DNA from: Alphaproteobacteria bacterium
GTDB lineage: Bacteria; Pseudomonadota; Alphaproteobacteria; UBA8366
Reading direction: 5' to 3'
DNA: 64,000 bases
NCBI GenBank assembly: GCA_021774335.1
Contig: JAJFJD010000047.1
Location: 3,321 to 67,320, forward strand
How positions within the stretch are numbered: position 1 is the first letter of the stretch; each line of letters opens with the position of its first letter. A program made the position numbers and the translations under genes. The notes beneath the pieces are model-generated. The model saw nothing but the letters and a program-made list of their open reading frames with translations, was not told where the DNA came from and made no database searches. Of this stretch, positions 29,214-37,662 are shown piece after piece.

Positions 29214-29407
29214 GTTGATGGCAGGTCTCCTGGCTTGCGAGTCACCGCCTGTCATCCAGCCTTCCCGAGCTATCGCTCAGTGGCGTCTCATGGACACAGG
29301 CTCGTCGCCTACAGTTGCGGGGGCAGCCACGGCTTGGGTTCAAGATGCGCGGGTAAGCGCGAACCGAACCGTGTTCCCTCTTCCTCCCCTTGCGGGGAAC
29401 CATCAAC
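29214..29407 (-). ncRNA. Cobalamin riboswitch
   Basis: P1 GTTGATGG/CCATCAAC, AAGAGGGAA, GCCCCCGCAACTGT, GCCACTG, GGGAAGG, B12 box AGCCAGGAGACCTGCC. Confidence 0.95.
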
Positions 29408-29477
29408 GGATTGGATTAAACGCCAATTCTTCCGGCCGCTCAACACCGCTGTTGGACAGGGCCGAAATTGAGGGCCG

Positions 29478-30329
29478 CTAAACCGGGGTATCGCCTTCGA
29501 TTGTCACGCGGTGCATCAGCCGCCGGTAGCCTTGATAGTCGTTCAGGGCGTAGTGATGGGAACAGCGGTTGTCCCAGAGGGCGACGGCATCGACTTTCCA
29601 GCGATAACGGCAGGTGAATTCCGGCCGGCTCATATGCTCGAACAGGAAGTGCAGGATCGGCCGGCTTTCCTCCGGCGTTATGCCGACGAAATGCGAGCTA
29701 TGGGCGCAATTGATGTAGAGCGCCTTGCGGCCGGTTTCCGGGTGGGTGCGCACGACCGGATGTTCGGCGGCCATGTCGCGCTGGTCCACATTCTGGCCGC
29801 GGCCGGTTTGGGCGGCGATCCGGCTGCGCGCGCCGCCTTCGCTCTTGTCCCGCAGCGACGCGGAACTGACGGCATACAGTGGCGCCAGCATCGCCTTCAT
29901 GCCGTCCGACAAGGTCTCGTAGGCCAGGTACATGTTCGCGAATAACGTATCGCCGCCGCGTGGCGGCAGCTCGCGCGAATACAGCATGGAGCCGAGCGGC
30001 GGCTTGGGCAGATAGGTCGTGTCGGAATGCCAGAGGCCGCCGAAGTTGAGCGTGTCCGCCTCCGTCTTGGTGATTTCGGTGATGCCGGGATGGCCATCCA
30101 TATCCTTGACGAAGGGATAGTTGACGATCGGGCCGAACCGCCCGGCGAAGGCGAGCAACTGATCCGGCGTCAGATCCTGGTCTTCCAGAAAAATGACGAG
30201 ATGCTTGAGAAAGGCGGCGTGGATTTCCGCGAAACACTGTTGGTCGAGCGGCTGCGACAGATTGGGGCCGCGGATAACCGCGCCAAGCGCGCCGGCGATC
30301 GGTTCGACCGTGATGGTTTCGTAAGTCAT
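29478..30329 (-). CDS. TauD/TfdA family Fe(II)/2-oxoglutarate dioxygenase
   Basis: WHSD (HxD), GGDTLFAN, HPVVRTHPETGRKALY, WDNRCSHHYA, RRLMHRVT. Confidence 0.92.
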   Translation of the reverse strand: MTYETITVEPIAGALGAVIRGPNLSQPLDQQCFAEIHAAFLKHLVIFLEDQDLTPDQLLAFAGRFGPIVNYPFVKDMDGHPGITEITKTEADTLNFGGLWHSDTTYLPKPPLGSMLYSRELPPRGGDTLFANMYLAYETLSDGMKAMLAPLYAVSSASLRDKSEGGARSRIAAQTGRGQNVDQRDMAAEHPVVRTHPETGRKALYINCAHSSHFVGITPEESRPILHFLFEHMSRPEFTCRYRWKVDAVALWDNRCSHHYALNDYQGYRRLMHRVTIEGDTPV

Positions 30330-30406
30330 GGCGACGGGTTGATCCAAGCGAATCGTTCGGCCCCATTATAGGCGGGACAACCGGGCTGTGCGCAAACCGC
30401 GGGCGG

Positions 30407-31573
30407 CTACGCAGGCAAGGTCCGGAACAGGTCGATGAGATCGGCCCGGGTCTCGAAGCCGATGCCGGGCACATCCGGCGGCCGGGTATGACCGTCGTCG
30501 ATATGGACATCGTCGGCGTACCCGCCGAACGGCTGGAAATTATGCGGATTGGCCTCGCACCCGCCGAGCCCCAACGCGGCCGCGAGATGCAGATGAAACA
30601 GATGCCCGCCATGCGGCAGGAAATCCCGGCGCGACCAGCCGCCGCCTTCCATGACATCGATGATCCGCAGATACTCCGGCACGCCGTAACAATGCGCAGG
30701 GTCGAACACCAGCACATCGTGGCCCGGGCGCAGGCCACCGTGCCGCAGCAGATTGCGGGCATCGGCCGCGGAAAACAGGGCCTCTCCGGCGGCGATCGGC
30801 GGCGTGTAGGCCGCGGCGGTCTCGGCATGCAGGGCATAGTCGAGCGGGTCGCAGATATCCTCGAACCAGCGCAGGCCGTAGGGCATCAAGGCTGTCGCCG
30901 TCTGCGGCAGGTCATCCGGACCGTAGCTGTTCATGGCGTCCACGGCGACCGCGTCGGCGGGCAGCAGCGACAGTGCCGCCTCGATACGCGCCAGATCGTC
31001 CGCCAGCGGCAGCGCACCGATCTTGATCTTGGCCTGCGTGAACCCCTGGCTTTGAAAGCCGGCGATCTCTTCCTTCAGCCGGGCGACGTCGTCGTCGGGA
31101 AAATAATATCCGCCTCCGGCGTAGACCGGGACGGGGACGGAGGCATCGGCGGCCGGACGGCCCGTCATTTCGCCGAGCAGTTGATAGAGCGGAACGTTCG
31201 CAATTTTGGCTGCCGCATCCCACAGCGCCATGTCGAGCGTGCCGACCGCGACGCAGCGTTCACCGTGGCCGCCGGGTTTCTCGCCGGCCATCATCGCGGT
31301 CCAGGCGCGGAAGGGGTCGATCGTTTGCCCGTCCGCCGTCGCGAGATCTTCATCCGCCAGTGCCAGGAGCCGCGGCGCGAAGCGCTCGCGGGTCAGGCCG
31401 CTTTGCGCGAACCGGCCGATCGAGGAAAAGCCGTAGCCGACGACCGGCGCGCCGTCGCGGTGCATGTCGGTGGTGACGGCGACGATGCTTGTCGTCAGGC
31501 CGCCGGAAGGAACGGTTGGATCGGCGTAGCGGGAGATTGGGACGCTGCGCTCGGCGATATCGAGAATACGCAT
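30407..31573 (-). CDS. Mandelate racemase-subgroup enolase, D-tartrate dehydratase-like
   Basis: EKPGGHGER, VYAGGGYY, KxK (AKIKIG), metal ligands D/E/E, DPLDY, PHGGH, FQPFGG; ATG 31573. Confidence 0.85.
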   Translation of the reverse strand: MRILDIAERSVPISRYADPTVPSGGLTTSIVAVTTDMHRDGAPVVGYGFSSIGRFAQSGLTRERFAPRLLALADEDLATADGQTIDPFRAWTAMMAGEKPGGHGERCVAVGTLDMALWDAAAKIANVPLYQLLGEMTGRPAADASVPVPVYAGGGYYFPDDDVARLKEEIAGFQSQGFTQAKIKIGALPLADDLARIEAALSLLPADAVAVDAMNSYGPDDLPQTATALMPYGLRWFEDICDPLDYALHAETAAAYTPPIAAGEALFSAADARNLLRHGGLRPGHDVLVFDPAHCYGVPEYLRIIDVMEGGGWSRRDFLPHGGHLFHLHLAAALGLGGCEANPHNFQPFGGYADDVHIDDGHTRPPDVPGIGFETRADLIDLFRTLPA

Positions 31574-31681
31574 GGATTGCCGCAGGTTGGTTGAAGACCG
31601 AACCCTATCACGGCGGCAGCGCACCGGCGCTCCAAAAATGACGACGCGCCGGTGGTTGCCCCGATGCTTGTCGAGTCGTCT

Positions 31682-32245
31682 CTAATAGGTCCCGCCGGAG
31701 TAATTCCCGCCGGTGGCCGTCACGGCGTCGGGCTGCGGCGGAACCGGACGCCCTTTGCTCGCCTGGCGCAACGCGAGGATCGAGCGGCGTGAATCGGCGG
31801 CCGGCTGATACGTATGCGAAATCTCCGACAGGGCATTCCACCACGCGTCCACCGCCGCGTCGTCCGCGACCTCGAATGTGTCGAATCCGCAGCGGTGCAG
31901 GAACGAATATTGGTCGCGCAAGACATTGCCGACGGCGCGCAATTCCTTGGCATACCCGTAGCGTTCGCGCAGCAGCCGCGCGTAGGAATAAGCGCGGCCG
32001 TCCTTGAAGACGGGAATGTCGAGGGCGATCAGGTCGAAGCGGTCGAGGTCGTCGGCGATCAGTGCCGGTGACTGGTTGCTTTCCAGCCGAATTCCGAGCG
32101 GGGCGTTGCGGCGCAACAGCGCCTCGCGGTTCGCGGTCCAGGTCGCATAGCTGACGAGCAAGGCGCCCTCGGCCGGCAGCGTTGCGTTGTCGGCCACTGG
32201 GGTCCAGGGATCATCGATAAGCCGTCCGTCTTTAATGAGGGGCAT
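31682..32245 (-). CDS. DUF934 family sulfite-reductase-associated protein
   Basis: FKDGRAYSYARLLRERYGY, ELRAVGNVLRDQ, RCGFD, YQPAAD; start overlaps the end of cysI. Confidence 0.9.
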   Translation of the reverse strand: MPLIKDGRLIDDPWTPVADNATLPAEGALLVSYATWTANREALLRRNAPLGIRLESNQSPALIADDLDRFDLIALDIPVFKDGRAYSYARLLRERYGYAKELRAVGNVLRDQYSFLHRCGFDTFEVADDAAVDAWWNALSEISHTYQPAADSRRSILALRQASKGRPVPPQPDAVTATGGNYSGGTY

Positions 32246-33887
32246 AGAGCGTCTCCTTAAAAGGGGCGAGGCCGACACGGCGATAGGTGTCGATGAAAGC
32301 TTCGCCGTCACTGCGCAGGCCGAGATAGGTGTTCACGATGGTTTCGATGGCATCGACAATGTCGTCTTCGCCGAAGGCGGGACCGACGATGTCGCCGATC
32401 GCAGTGTTCTCGTCGGCGCTGCCGCCGAGCGTGACCTGATAGAACTCGGTGCCTTTCTTATCGACGCCGAGGATTCCGATGTTGCCCACGTGATGGTGTG
32501 CACAGGCGTTGATGCAGCCGGAGATGTTCAGCGAGATATCGCCGATGTCCCGCAATCGGTCCAGGTCGCCGAAGCGCGCGCTGATGCGCTGGGCGATCGG
32601 GATCGAGCGCGCATTCGCTAGGCTGCAATAGTCCAATCCCGGGCAGGCGATGATGTCGGTCAGCAGGCCCGCATTCGGGGTCTCCAGGCCGTGCGCCTGT
32701 AGGTCACGCCACAGCGCGAACAGGTCGCTCTTGCGGACATCGGCCAGCACCAGGTTCTGGTCCTTGGTGACGCGTAATTCGCCGAAGCTGTAGGTGTCGG
32801 CGAGATCGGCGACGGCGTCCATCTGCTCGGCCGTCGCATCGCCGGGGATCCCGCCTTCCGGCTTTAGCGATACCGTAACGATGGCATAGCCCGGCACTTT
32901 ATGCTCGGTCACGTTCGATCCGACCCAGTTGCCGAAAGGGAGGTCCGCCAGCAGTTTCGCGTCGAAGTCCGGCACATCGTCCGCAATGTCCCGGTACGCC
33001 GGTGGCGCGAAATACGCCTTGATCCGGGCGATCTCGTCGTCGGGCAGGGCGAGCGCGCCGTCGCGGAGGTGCCGCCATTCTTCTTCTACGAGATCGGTGA
33101 ACGTCTCGACGCCGGTCTCGTTCACCAGGATCTTGATGCGCGCCTTGTAGATATTGTCGCGGCGGCCGAGCTGATTGTAGACCCGCAGGATCGCCTCGAG
33201 ATAGGACAGCAGGTCGCGCTTCGGCAAAAAATCGCGGATGCTTTTCGCGATCACCGGTGTCCGTCCCTGGCCGCCGCCGACGAAGACTTCGAAGCCGGAT
33301 TCGCCTGTCGGCCCGCGCTTGATCGCGATGCCGATGTCATGGGTCTTGATCGCCGCGCGGTCATGCGGCGCGCCGGTTACCGCGATCTTGAACTTGCGCG
33401 GCAGGAAGGCGAATTCCGGGTGCAGGGTCGACCATTGACGGATGATCTCAGAATAGATGCGCGGGTCCTCGATCTCATCGGCCGCGACCCCGGCGAAAGG
33501 ATCGGCGGTGACGTTGCGGATCGTGTTGCCGCTGGTCTGGATGGCGTGCATTTCGACACTTGCCAGCTCATTCAGGATATCCGCCGTTTCGTCCAGCCGT
33601 GGCCAGTTGTATTGGATATTCTGGCGCGTGGTGAAATGGCCATAGCCCTTGTCGTAGCGCCGCGCGATGAAGGCGAGCTTGCGCATCTGCCTCGACGACA
33701 GCATGCCATAGGGGATGGCGACCCGCAGCATGTAGGCGTGCAGTTGCAGATACAGCCCGTTCATCAGGCGTAGCGGTTTGAACTCATCCTCGCTCAAATC
33801 GCCGGACAGGCGGCGTGCAACCTGATCGCGGAATTGCAGGACACGTTCGGCGACCACCGTGTGGTCGAATTCGTCATAGCGGTACAT
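32232..33887 (-). CDS. cysI: Sulfite reductase hemoprotein (nitrite/sulfite reductase)
   Basis: RLMNGLYLQLHAYMLRVAIPYG, HFTTRQN, LPRKFKI, CPGLDYCSLA, ISGCINACAHHH siroheme/FeS ligands. Confidence 0.95.
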   Translation of the reverse strand: MYRYDEFDHTVVAERVLQFRDQVARRLSGDLSEDEFKPLRLMNGLYLQLHAYMLRVAIPYGMLSSRQMRKLAFIARRYDKGYGHFTTRQNIQYNWPRLDETADILNELASVEMHAIQTSGNTIRNVTADPFAGVAADEIEDPRIYSEIIRQWSTLHPEFAFLPRKFKIAVTGAPHDRAAIKTHDIGIAIKRGPTGESGFEVFVGGGQGRTPVIAKSIRDFLPKRDLLSYLEAILRVYNQLGRRDNIYKARIKILVNETGVETFTDLVEEEWRHLRDGALALPDDEIARIKAYFAPPAYRDIADDVPDFDAKLLADLPFGNWVGSNVTEHKVPGYAIVTVSLKPEGGIPGDATAEQMDAVADLADTYSFGELRVTKDQNLVLADVRKSDLFALWRDLQAHGLETPNAGLLTDIIACPGLDYCSLANARSIPIAQRISARFGDLDRLRDIGDISLNISGCINACAHHHVGNIGILGVDKKGTEFYQVTLGGSADENTAIGDIVGPAFGEDDIVDAIETIVNTYLGLRSDGEAFIDTYRRVGLAPFKETLYAPH

Positions 33888-33892
33888 AGCGC

Positions 33893-34201
33893 TTACTCCT
33901 GCGCGGCCTGATGGCCGAGATCCAAGCGGACGCTCGGGCCGGCGGCGCGGATGGTTTCCCGCTGCCCGACGGCACGGGGCGGTTGATCGCCAACCGTGCC
34001 GCGGTCGACCGGGATCAGATAAGGTTCGACGACGATCTGGGCCTCGACCGAGGCCTGCGCGGACTGCAGCAACGCGTCGGCCTGTTCACCCGCCTTGGCA
34101 AGGCGGCTGGCCTGGAGCGTCTCGGACCAGGTGAGGGTGGGTGTCAGATAGACGACCTGCCCATCGTTTAGCCGATTTGCGGTAACAGCTTGCAACGTCA
34201 T
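33893..34201 (-). CDS. DUF2849 family protein
   Basis: VTANRLNDGQVVYL, VVEPYLI, RETIRAAGPSV; ATG 34201. Confidence 0.88.
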   Translation of the reverse strand: MTLQAVTANRLNDGQVVYLTPTLTWSETLQASRLAKAGEQADALLQSAQASVEAQIVVEPYLIPVDRGTVGDQPPRAVGQRETIRAAGPSVRLDLGHQAAQE

Positions 34202-34215
34202 GATCTGTTCCTCCG

Positions 34216-35022
34216 TCACTCGGCGGCGGCCAACGGCCAGCGCTCGGGTTCCGATGCTTTGGCGAACCGCGCCACGTCGCCGATGACGATCAGCGCAGGG
34301 CCGGTGACCCCGTTGTCCCGAATGACCGCTTCCAGCCCGGCGACGGTGCCGACTGCGACTTTCTGTGTCGCCAGCGTCCCATTCTCGACCACCGCGATCG
34401 GCGTGGTCGGGGCAAGACCACTTTCGATCAACCGCGCACCGACACGGCCCGCGGTCGAAATGCCCATGTAGACGACGATGGTCTGACGGCCCCGTGCCAA
34501 CCCATCCCAATCCAGATCCGGGTCGCCGTCCTTGGCGTGCCCGCTGATAAAGGTCACGGCGGTGGCATGGTCCCGATGGGTCAGCGGGATGCCCGCATAG
34601 GCCGCGCAGCCGGTCGCCGCGGTGATGCCCGGTACGATCTCGACCGGGACGCCGCGCGCGAGCAAATAATCGACTTCCTCGCCGCCGCGCCCGAAGACGA
34701 ACGGATCGCCGCCCTTGAGCCGGATCACACGCTTACCGGCTTGCGCGCGGCGCGCCATCAGGGCGTTGATCTCGTCCTGTGGAACGCTGTGGTTGGCCTT
34801 CGCTTTGCCGACGTAAAGGACTTCCGCGCCGGGCCGGGCGAAGTCCAGGATGCCGGGCCCGATCAGGCGGTCGTGGATCACGACGTCGGCGTCGCGCAGC
34901 ACGCGCAGCGCCCGCAACGTCAAAAGGTCGGGATCGCCGGGTCCGGCGCCGACGATGAATACCGTCCCGGGCTGTCGTGCTCTTGCCGGGCGTGGTGCCG
35001 GAAAGGATAGAAAATTAGTCAT
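34216..35022 (-). CDS. cobA: Uroporphyrinogen-III C-methyltransferase (siroheme branch)
   Basis: VGAGPGDPDLLTLRA, RLKGGDPFVFGRGGEE, VPGITAA, GIPLTHR; ATG 35022 after GAGGAG. Confidence 0.93.
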   Translation of the reverse strand: MTNFLSFPAPRPARARQPGTVFIVGAGPGDPDLLTLRALRVLRDADVVIHDRLIGPGILDFARPGAEVLYVGKAKANHSVPQDEINALMARRAQAGKRVIRLKGGDPFVFGRGGEEVDYLLARGVPVEIVPGITAATGCAAYAGIPLTHRDHATAVTFISGHAKDGDPDLDWDGLARGRQTIVVYMGISTAGRVGARLIESGLAPTTPIAVVENGTLATQKVAVGTVAGLEAVIRDNGVTGPALIVIGDVARFAKASEPERWPLAAAE

Positions 35023-35073
35023 AGAACGTGTCTCCTCGCATCGACCATATGGGCCCACGGAGCACGTCTCCGT

Positions 35074-35127
35074 GGCGCTTTAGCGGTTGGTATCGCGGTC
35101 GCAAGCTGCCCGTTCAAATCCCACGGG
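35074..35127 (-). ncRNA. SAM-II (SAM-alpha) riboswitch aptamer 2
   Basis: CGTGG-GATTTG-AACGGGCAGC-TTGCG-A-CCGCG-ATACCAAC-CGCTAAAGCGCC; P1 and pseudoknot both pair. Confidence 0.75.
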
Positions 35128-35153
35128 CCCTTTCAGAGGGAAGGACCAACCCC

Positions 35154-35187
35154 AACAAAAATCCGCCGCGGCAAAAAGCCGGGCGGA
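35154..35187 (-). terminator. Intrinsic terminator between the two SAM-II aptamers
   Basis: TCCGCC-CGGC-TTTTT-GCCG-C-GGCGGA followed by TTTTTGTT. Confidence 0.65.
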
Positions 35188-35193
35188 GCCCTT

Positions 35194-35251
35194 GTCGCTT
35201 TAGCCGCATTTATTAAGCGCCCGCAATCTGACCGTTTCTCAAATCGGCGCT
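35194..35251 (-). ncRNA. SAM-II (SAM-alpha) riboswitch aptamer 1
   Basis: AGCGCC-GATTTG-...-GTCAGA-TTGCG-GGCGCT-TAATAAAT-GCG-GCTAAAG-CGAC matches the SAM-II consensus. Confidence 0.8.
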
Positions 35252-35258
35252 GATGGAT

Positions 35259-35287
35259 GAAATAACACTGACTATGGGTAGAGTCAA
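35259..35287 (-). promoter_or_regulatory. Putative sigma70 promoter with overlapping inverted repeat
   Basis: TTGACT-N17-TATTTC placing +1 near aptamer 1; TGACT-N8-AGTCA repeat at 35269-35286. Confidence 0.45.
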
Positions 35288-35353
35288 TTAATACACGTAA
35301 TTATCACGTATATTTTATATATAACTATATTGATGTGTAATTAATTGGAGAGA

Positions 35354-36769
35354 TCATTGTAACGAAAGGAGTTTTGGAGATTCTGGCCCGTTTGCGATCG
35401 CCGGAAAGCGCAACCGCACGCGAAGGCCGGGTTGGTTATCTTCCAGCGATAGTTCGGCATAATGCAGCCGCGCCGTGGCGGCGACCTGACTGAGCCCTAG
35501 CCCGCTGCCGGGTGTGCTGCGGCTGTCATCGAGACGGACGAAACGTTCGAGGACACGCTCGCGCTCTTCCGCCGCAATGCCCGGCCCGGTATCGGAAATC
35601 GCGAATCCCGGCCGCCCATCCGCGTCGCGCCACACGGCAAGTGCGATGGCGCCGTTCTCCGGCGTGTGGTTGAACGCGTTGTCCAGCAAATTGGTGATCG
35701 CCTGCGACAACAGGTTCCGATCGCCATCGATCAAACAGTCATCGGCCGCGTTCACCTCGAGGCGCAGCCCCCGATCGTCCGCCGCCGCGCTGTACAGATC
35801 GGCCGCGTCCCGCACGAGTGCGCCCAGATCGAGCCGTTCGAACCGGTCGCGCAGGACCCCCGATTCCGCCAAGGCAATCGCAAGGAGGGCGTTGAAGGTA
35901 TCGAGAATGCCGTCGGTTTCCTCGATCGTCTTGGTAAGCGCCGCTCGATACTCCTCCGGATTGGATTGCGCCATCAGCGTGACTTCGAGCCGGCTGCGCA
36001 AACGCGAGATCGGGCTGCGCAGGTCGTGCGCGATGTTGTCGGCGACGCCGCGCATGCCTTCCATAAGCCGTTCAATCTGATCAAGCATGTCGTTGAGGTT
36101 CTGCGCCAGCCGGTCGAATTCGTCCGCATAGCCGGTCACCGGCATGCGCTGCGTCAGGTCGCCGTGTAGGATCGCCCGGCTGCCCAGGTTGATCGCGTCG
36201 AGCCGACGTAGAAAATTCCGGCTCAACAGCAGCCCGCCGCCGAAACCGAGTGCCAGTGTGGCCAGCAGGGCCCAGATCAGCGCATTGGTAATGGTTTCGC
36301 GAAAAGCTGCGCGCTCGGTCAGGTCGCGCCCGACCAGCAGGTGGAACCCGCCTTCGAGTTTGAAGGTGCGCGCCCGAGCGATTTGCGGCCGCAATGTAGG
36401 CCGGGCCGCCTGCTTGATGTGGAAGTCGATCCACCGCGGCGCGCCCTTGGCCGATTCGGGCCAACCGGTCAGGTTTCCTGCCAGCGGTGTGAGAAAAGGA
36501 TCGGTCAGCAGATAGACGCCCCGTCGGCCGCTTTCGCCGGAACTGCGCTCCCGGATGATTTCGACGAGCCCGACGACGCTGCGTTCGCGGTACTGCTCGG
36601 CGAGGCCGGTGATCTCCGCCTCGATGGTGTCGTCGCTTTGCGCGTCGATGACGCTGACGGTGCTCCAATACACAAAGACCAGAACGCCGCAAACCGACAA
36701 CCCGAACACCGCCATGTAGAGCATTGCGTAGCGGAATGTGGATGTGCGGAATAGCCTATTCCGGAACAC
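35354..36769 (-). CDS. HAMP-containing sensor histidine kinase
   Basis: Two TMs, DEFDRLAQNLNDML, H-box IAHDLRSP, NLLDNA, DTGPGI, GSGLGL. Confidence 0.93.
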   Translation of the reverse strand: MFRNRLFRTSTFRYAMLYMAVFGLSVCGVLVFVYWSTVSVIDAQSDDTIEAEITGLAEQYRERSVVGLVEIIRERSSGESGRRGVYLLTDPFLTPLAGNLTGWPESAKGAPRWIDFHIKQAARPTLRPQIARARTFKLEGGFHLLVGRDLTERAAFRETITNALIWALLATLALGFGGGLLLSRNFLRRLDAINLGSRAILHGDLTQRMPVTGYADEFDRLAQNLNDMLDQIERLMEGMRGVADNIAHDLRSPISRLRSRLEVTLMAQSNPEEYRAALTKTIEETDGILDTFNALLAIALAESGVLRDRFERLDLGALVRDAADLYSAAADDRGLRLEVNAADDCLIDGDRNLLSQAITNLLDNAFNHTPENGAIALAVWRDADGRPGFAISDTGPGIAAEERERVLERFVRLDDSRSTPGSGLGLSQVAATARLHYAELSLEDNQPGLRVRLRFPAIANGPESPKLLSLQ

Positions 36770-37433
36770 GGAGACAGTATCCTGCGCCGCGCACGGTATG
36801 CAGCAGCGGCGTGTCGAAATCCTTGTCGAGCTTTTGCCGCAGCCGGCTGATCTGCACGTCGATCACGCCGGTCTTGGGGTCGAAGTGATAGTTCCACACA
36901 TTCTCCAGCAGCATGGTACGGGTCACCACCTGCCCGGAATGGCGTATTAGGTATTCCAGGATCTGAAACTCGCGCGGCAACAGATCGATCCGCGTGCCGG
37001 AGCGCGTAACGGTCCGGGCCAGCAGGTCGACTTCCAGATCGCCGAGCGTCAATGTTGTTTCGGTCGGGGCGGTCTGGCCGCGCCGCATTAGGGCTTCCAG
37101 ACGGGCCTGCAATTCGGAAAAGGCATAGGGCTTGGTCAGGTAATCGTCTCCGCCGGCGCGCAATCCTTTCACCCGGTCGTCGACCCTGTCCATCGCGCTG
37201 AGGATCAACACCGGTGTGGTGTTCCCTTCTTTGCGCAGCAGCTCGATGATGTGCAGGCCGTCCATACCGGGCAGCATGCGGTCGACGATCATTCCGGCAT
37301 AGGCCTCGGTGGTGGCGAGATGCAGGCCGTCCGGGCCCGTTGCCGCGTGATCCACCACGAATCCCGCCTCCTCGAGGCCTTTCTGCAGAAACGCCGCCGC
37401 TTCCGTGTCGTCTTCGATCAGCAATAGTCGCAT
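36756..37433 (-). CDS. OmpR/PhoB-family response regulator
   Basis: LLIEDD, DRMLPGMDG, GGDDYLTKPY, winged helix LHTVRGAGY. Confidence 0.95.
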   Translation of the reverse strand: MRLLLIEDDTEAAAFLQKGLEEAGFVVDHAATGPDGLHLATTEAYAGMIVDRMLPGMDGLHIIELLRKEGNTTPVLILSAMDRVDDRVKGLRAGGDDYLTKPYAFSELQARLEALMRRGQTAPTETTLTLGDLEVDLLARTVTRSGTRIDLLPREFQILEYLIRHSGQVVTRTMLLENVWNYHFDPKTGVIDVQISRLRQKLDKDFDTPLLHTVRGAGYCLRVPE

Positions 37434-37662
37434 AGGCTACCGTGATTACCGTTCCATCGCAGGGCTAATTCGGCTCCGCTTCATACATAGATGCGGTTTC
37501 GCTTCCGGTTTCGCAAGTCATGCCCTCTGCGCGGCCCCCGGCATGACAGCGGCCGCTAAATCCGGGTATTGTGCGGTCACTGGGAATTGGCCGTTTTCGC
37601 GGCGAAATTCACAACGACACTCCGACGCGGGCACGGGCCGCAGCAGGAAGAAGGAACAAATA

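Noticed and set aside
34216-35022. cobA as part of de novo cobalamin synthesis linked to the btu operon
   Set aside because: No other cob/cbi genes are present; its position before cysI points to siroheme synthesis.
35255-35353. Very AT-rich stretch as a mobile-element scar or origin
   Set aside because: About 100 nt long, with no terminal repeats or DnaA-box cluster; explained as promoter/UP region.
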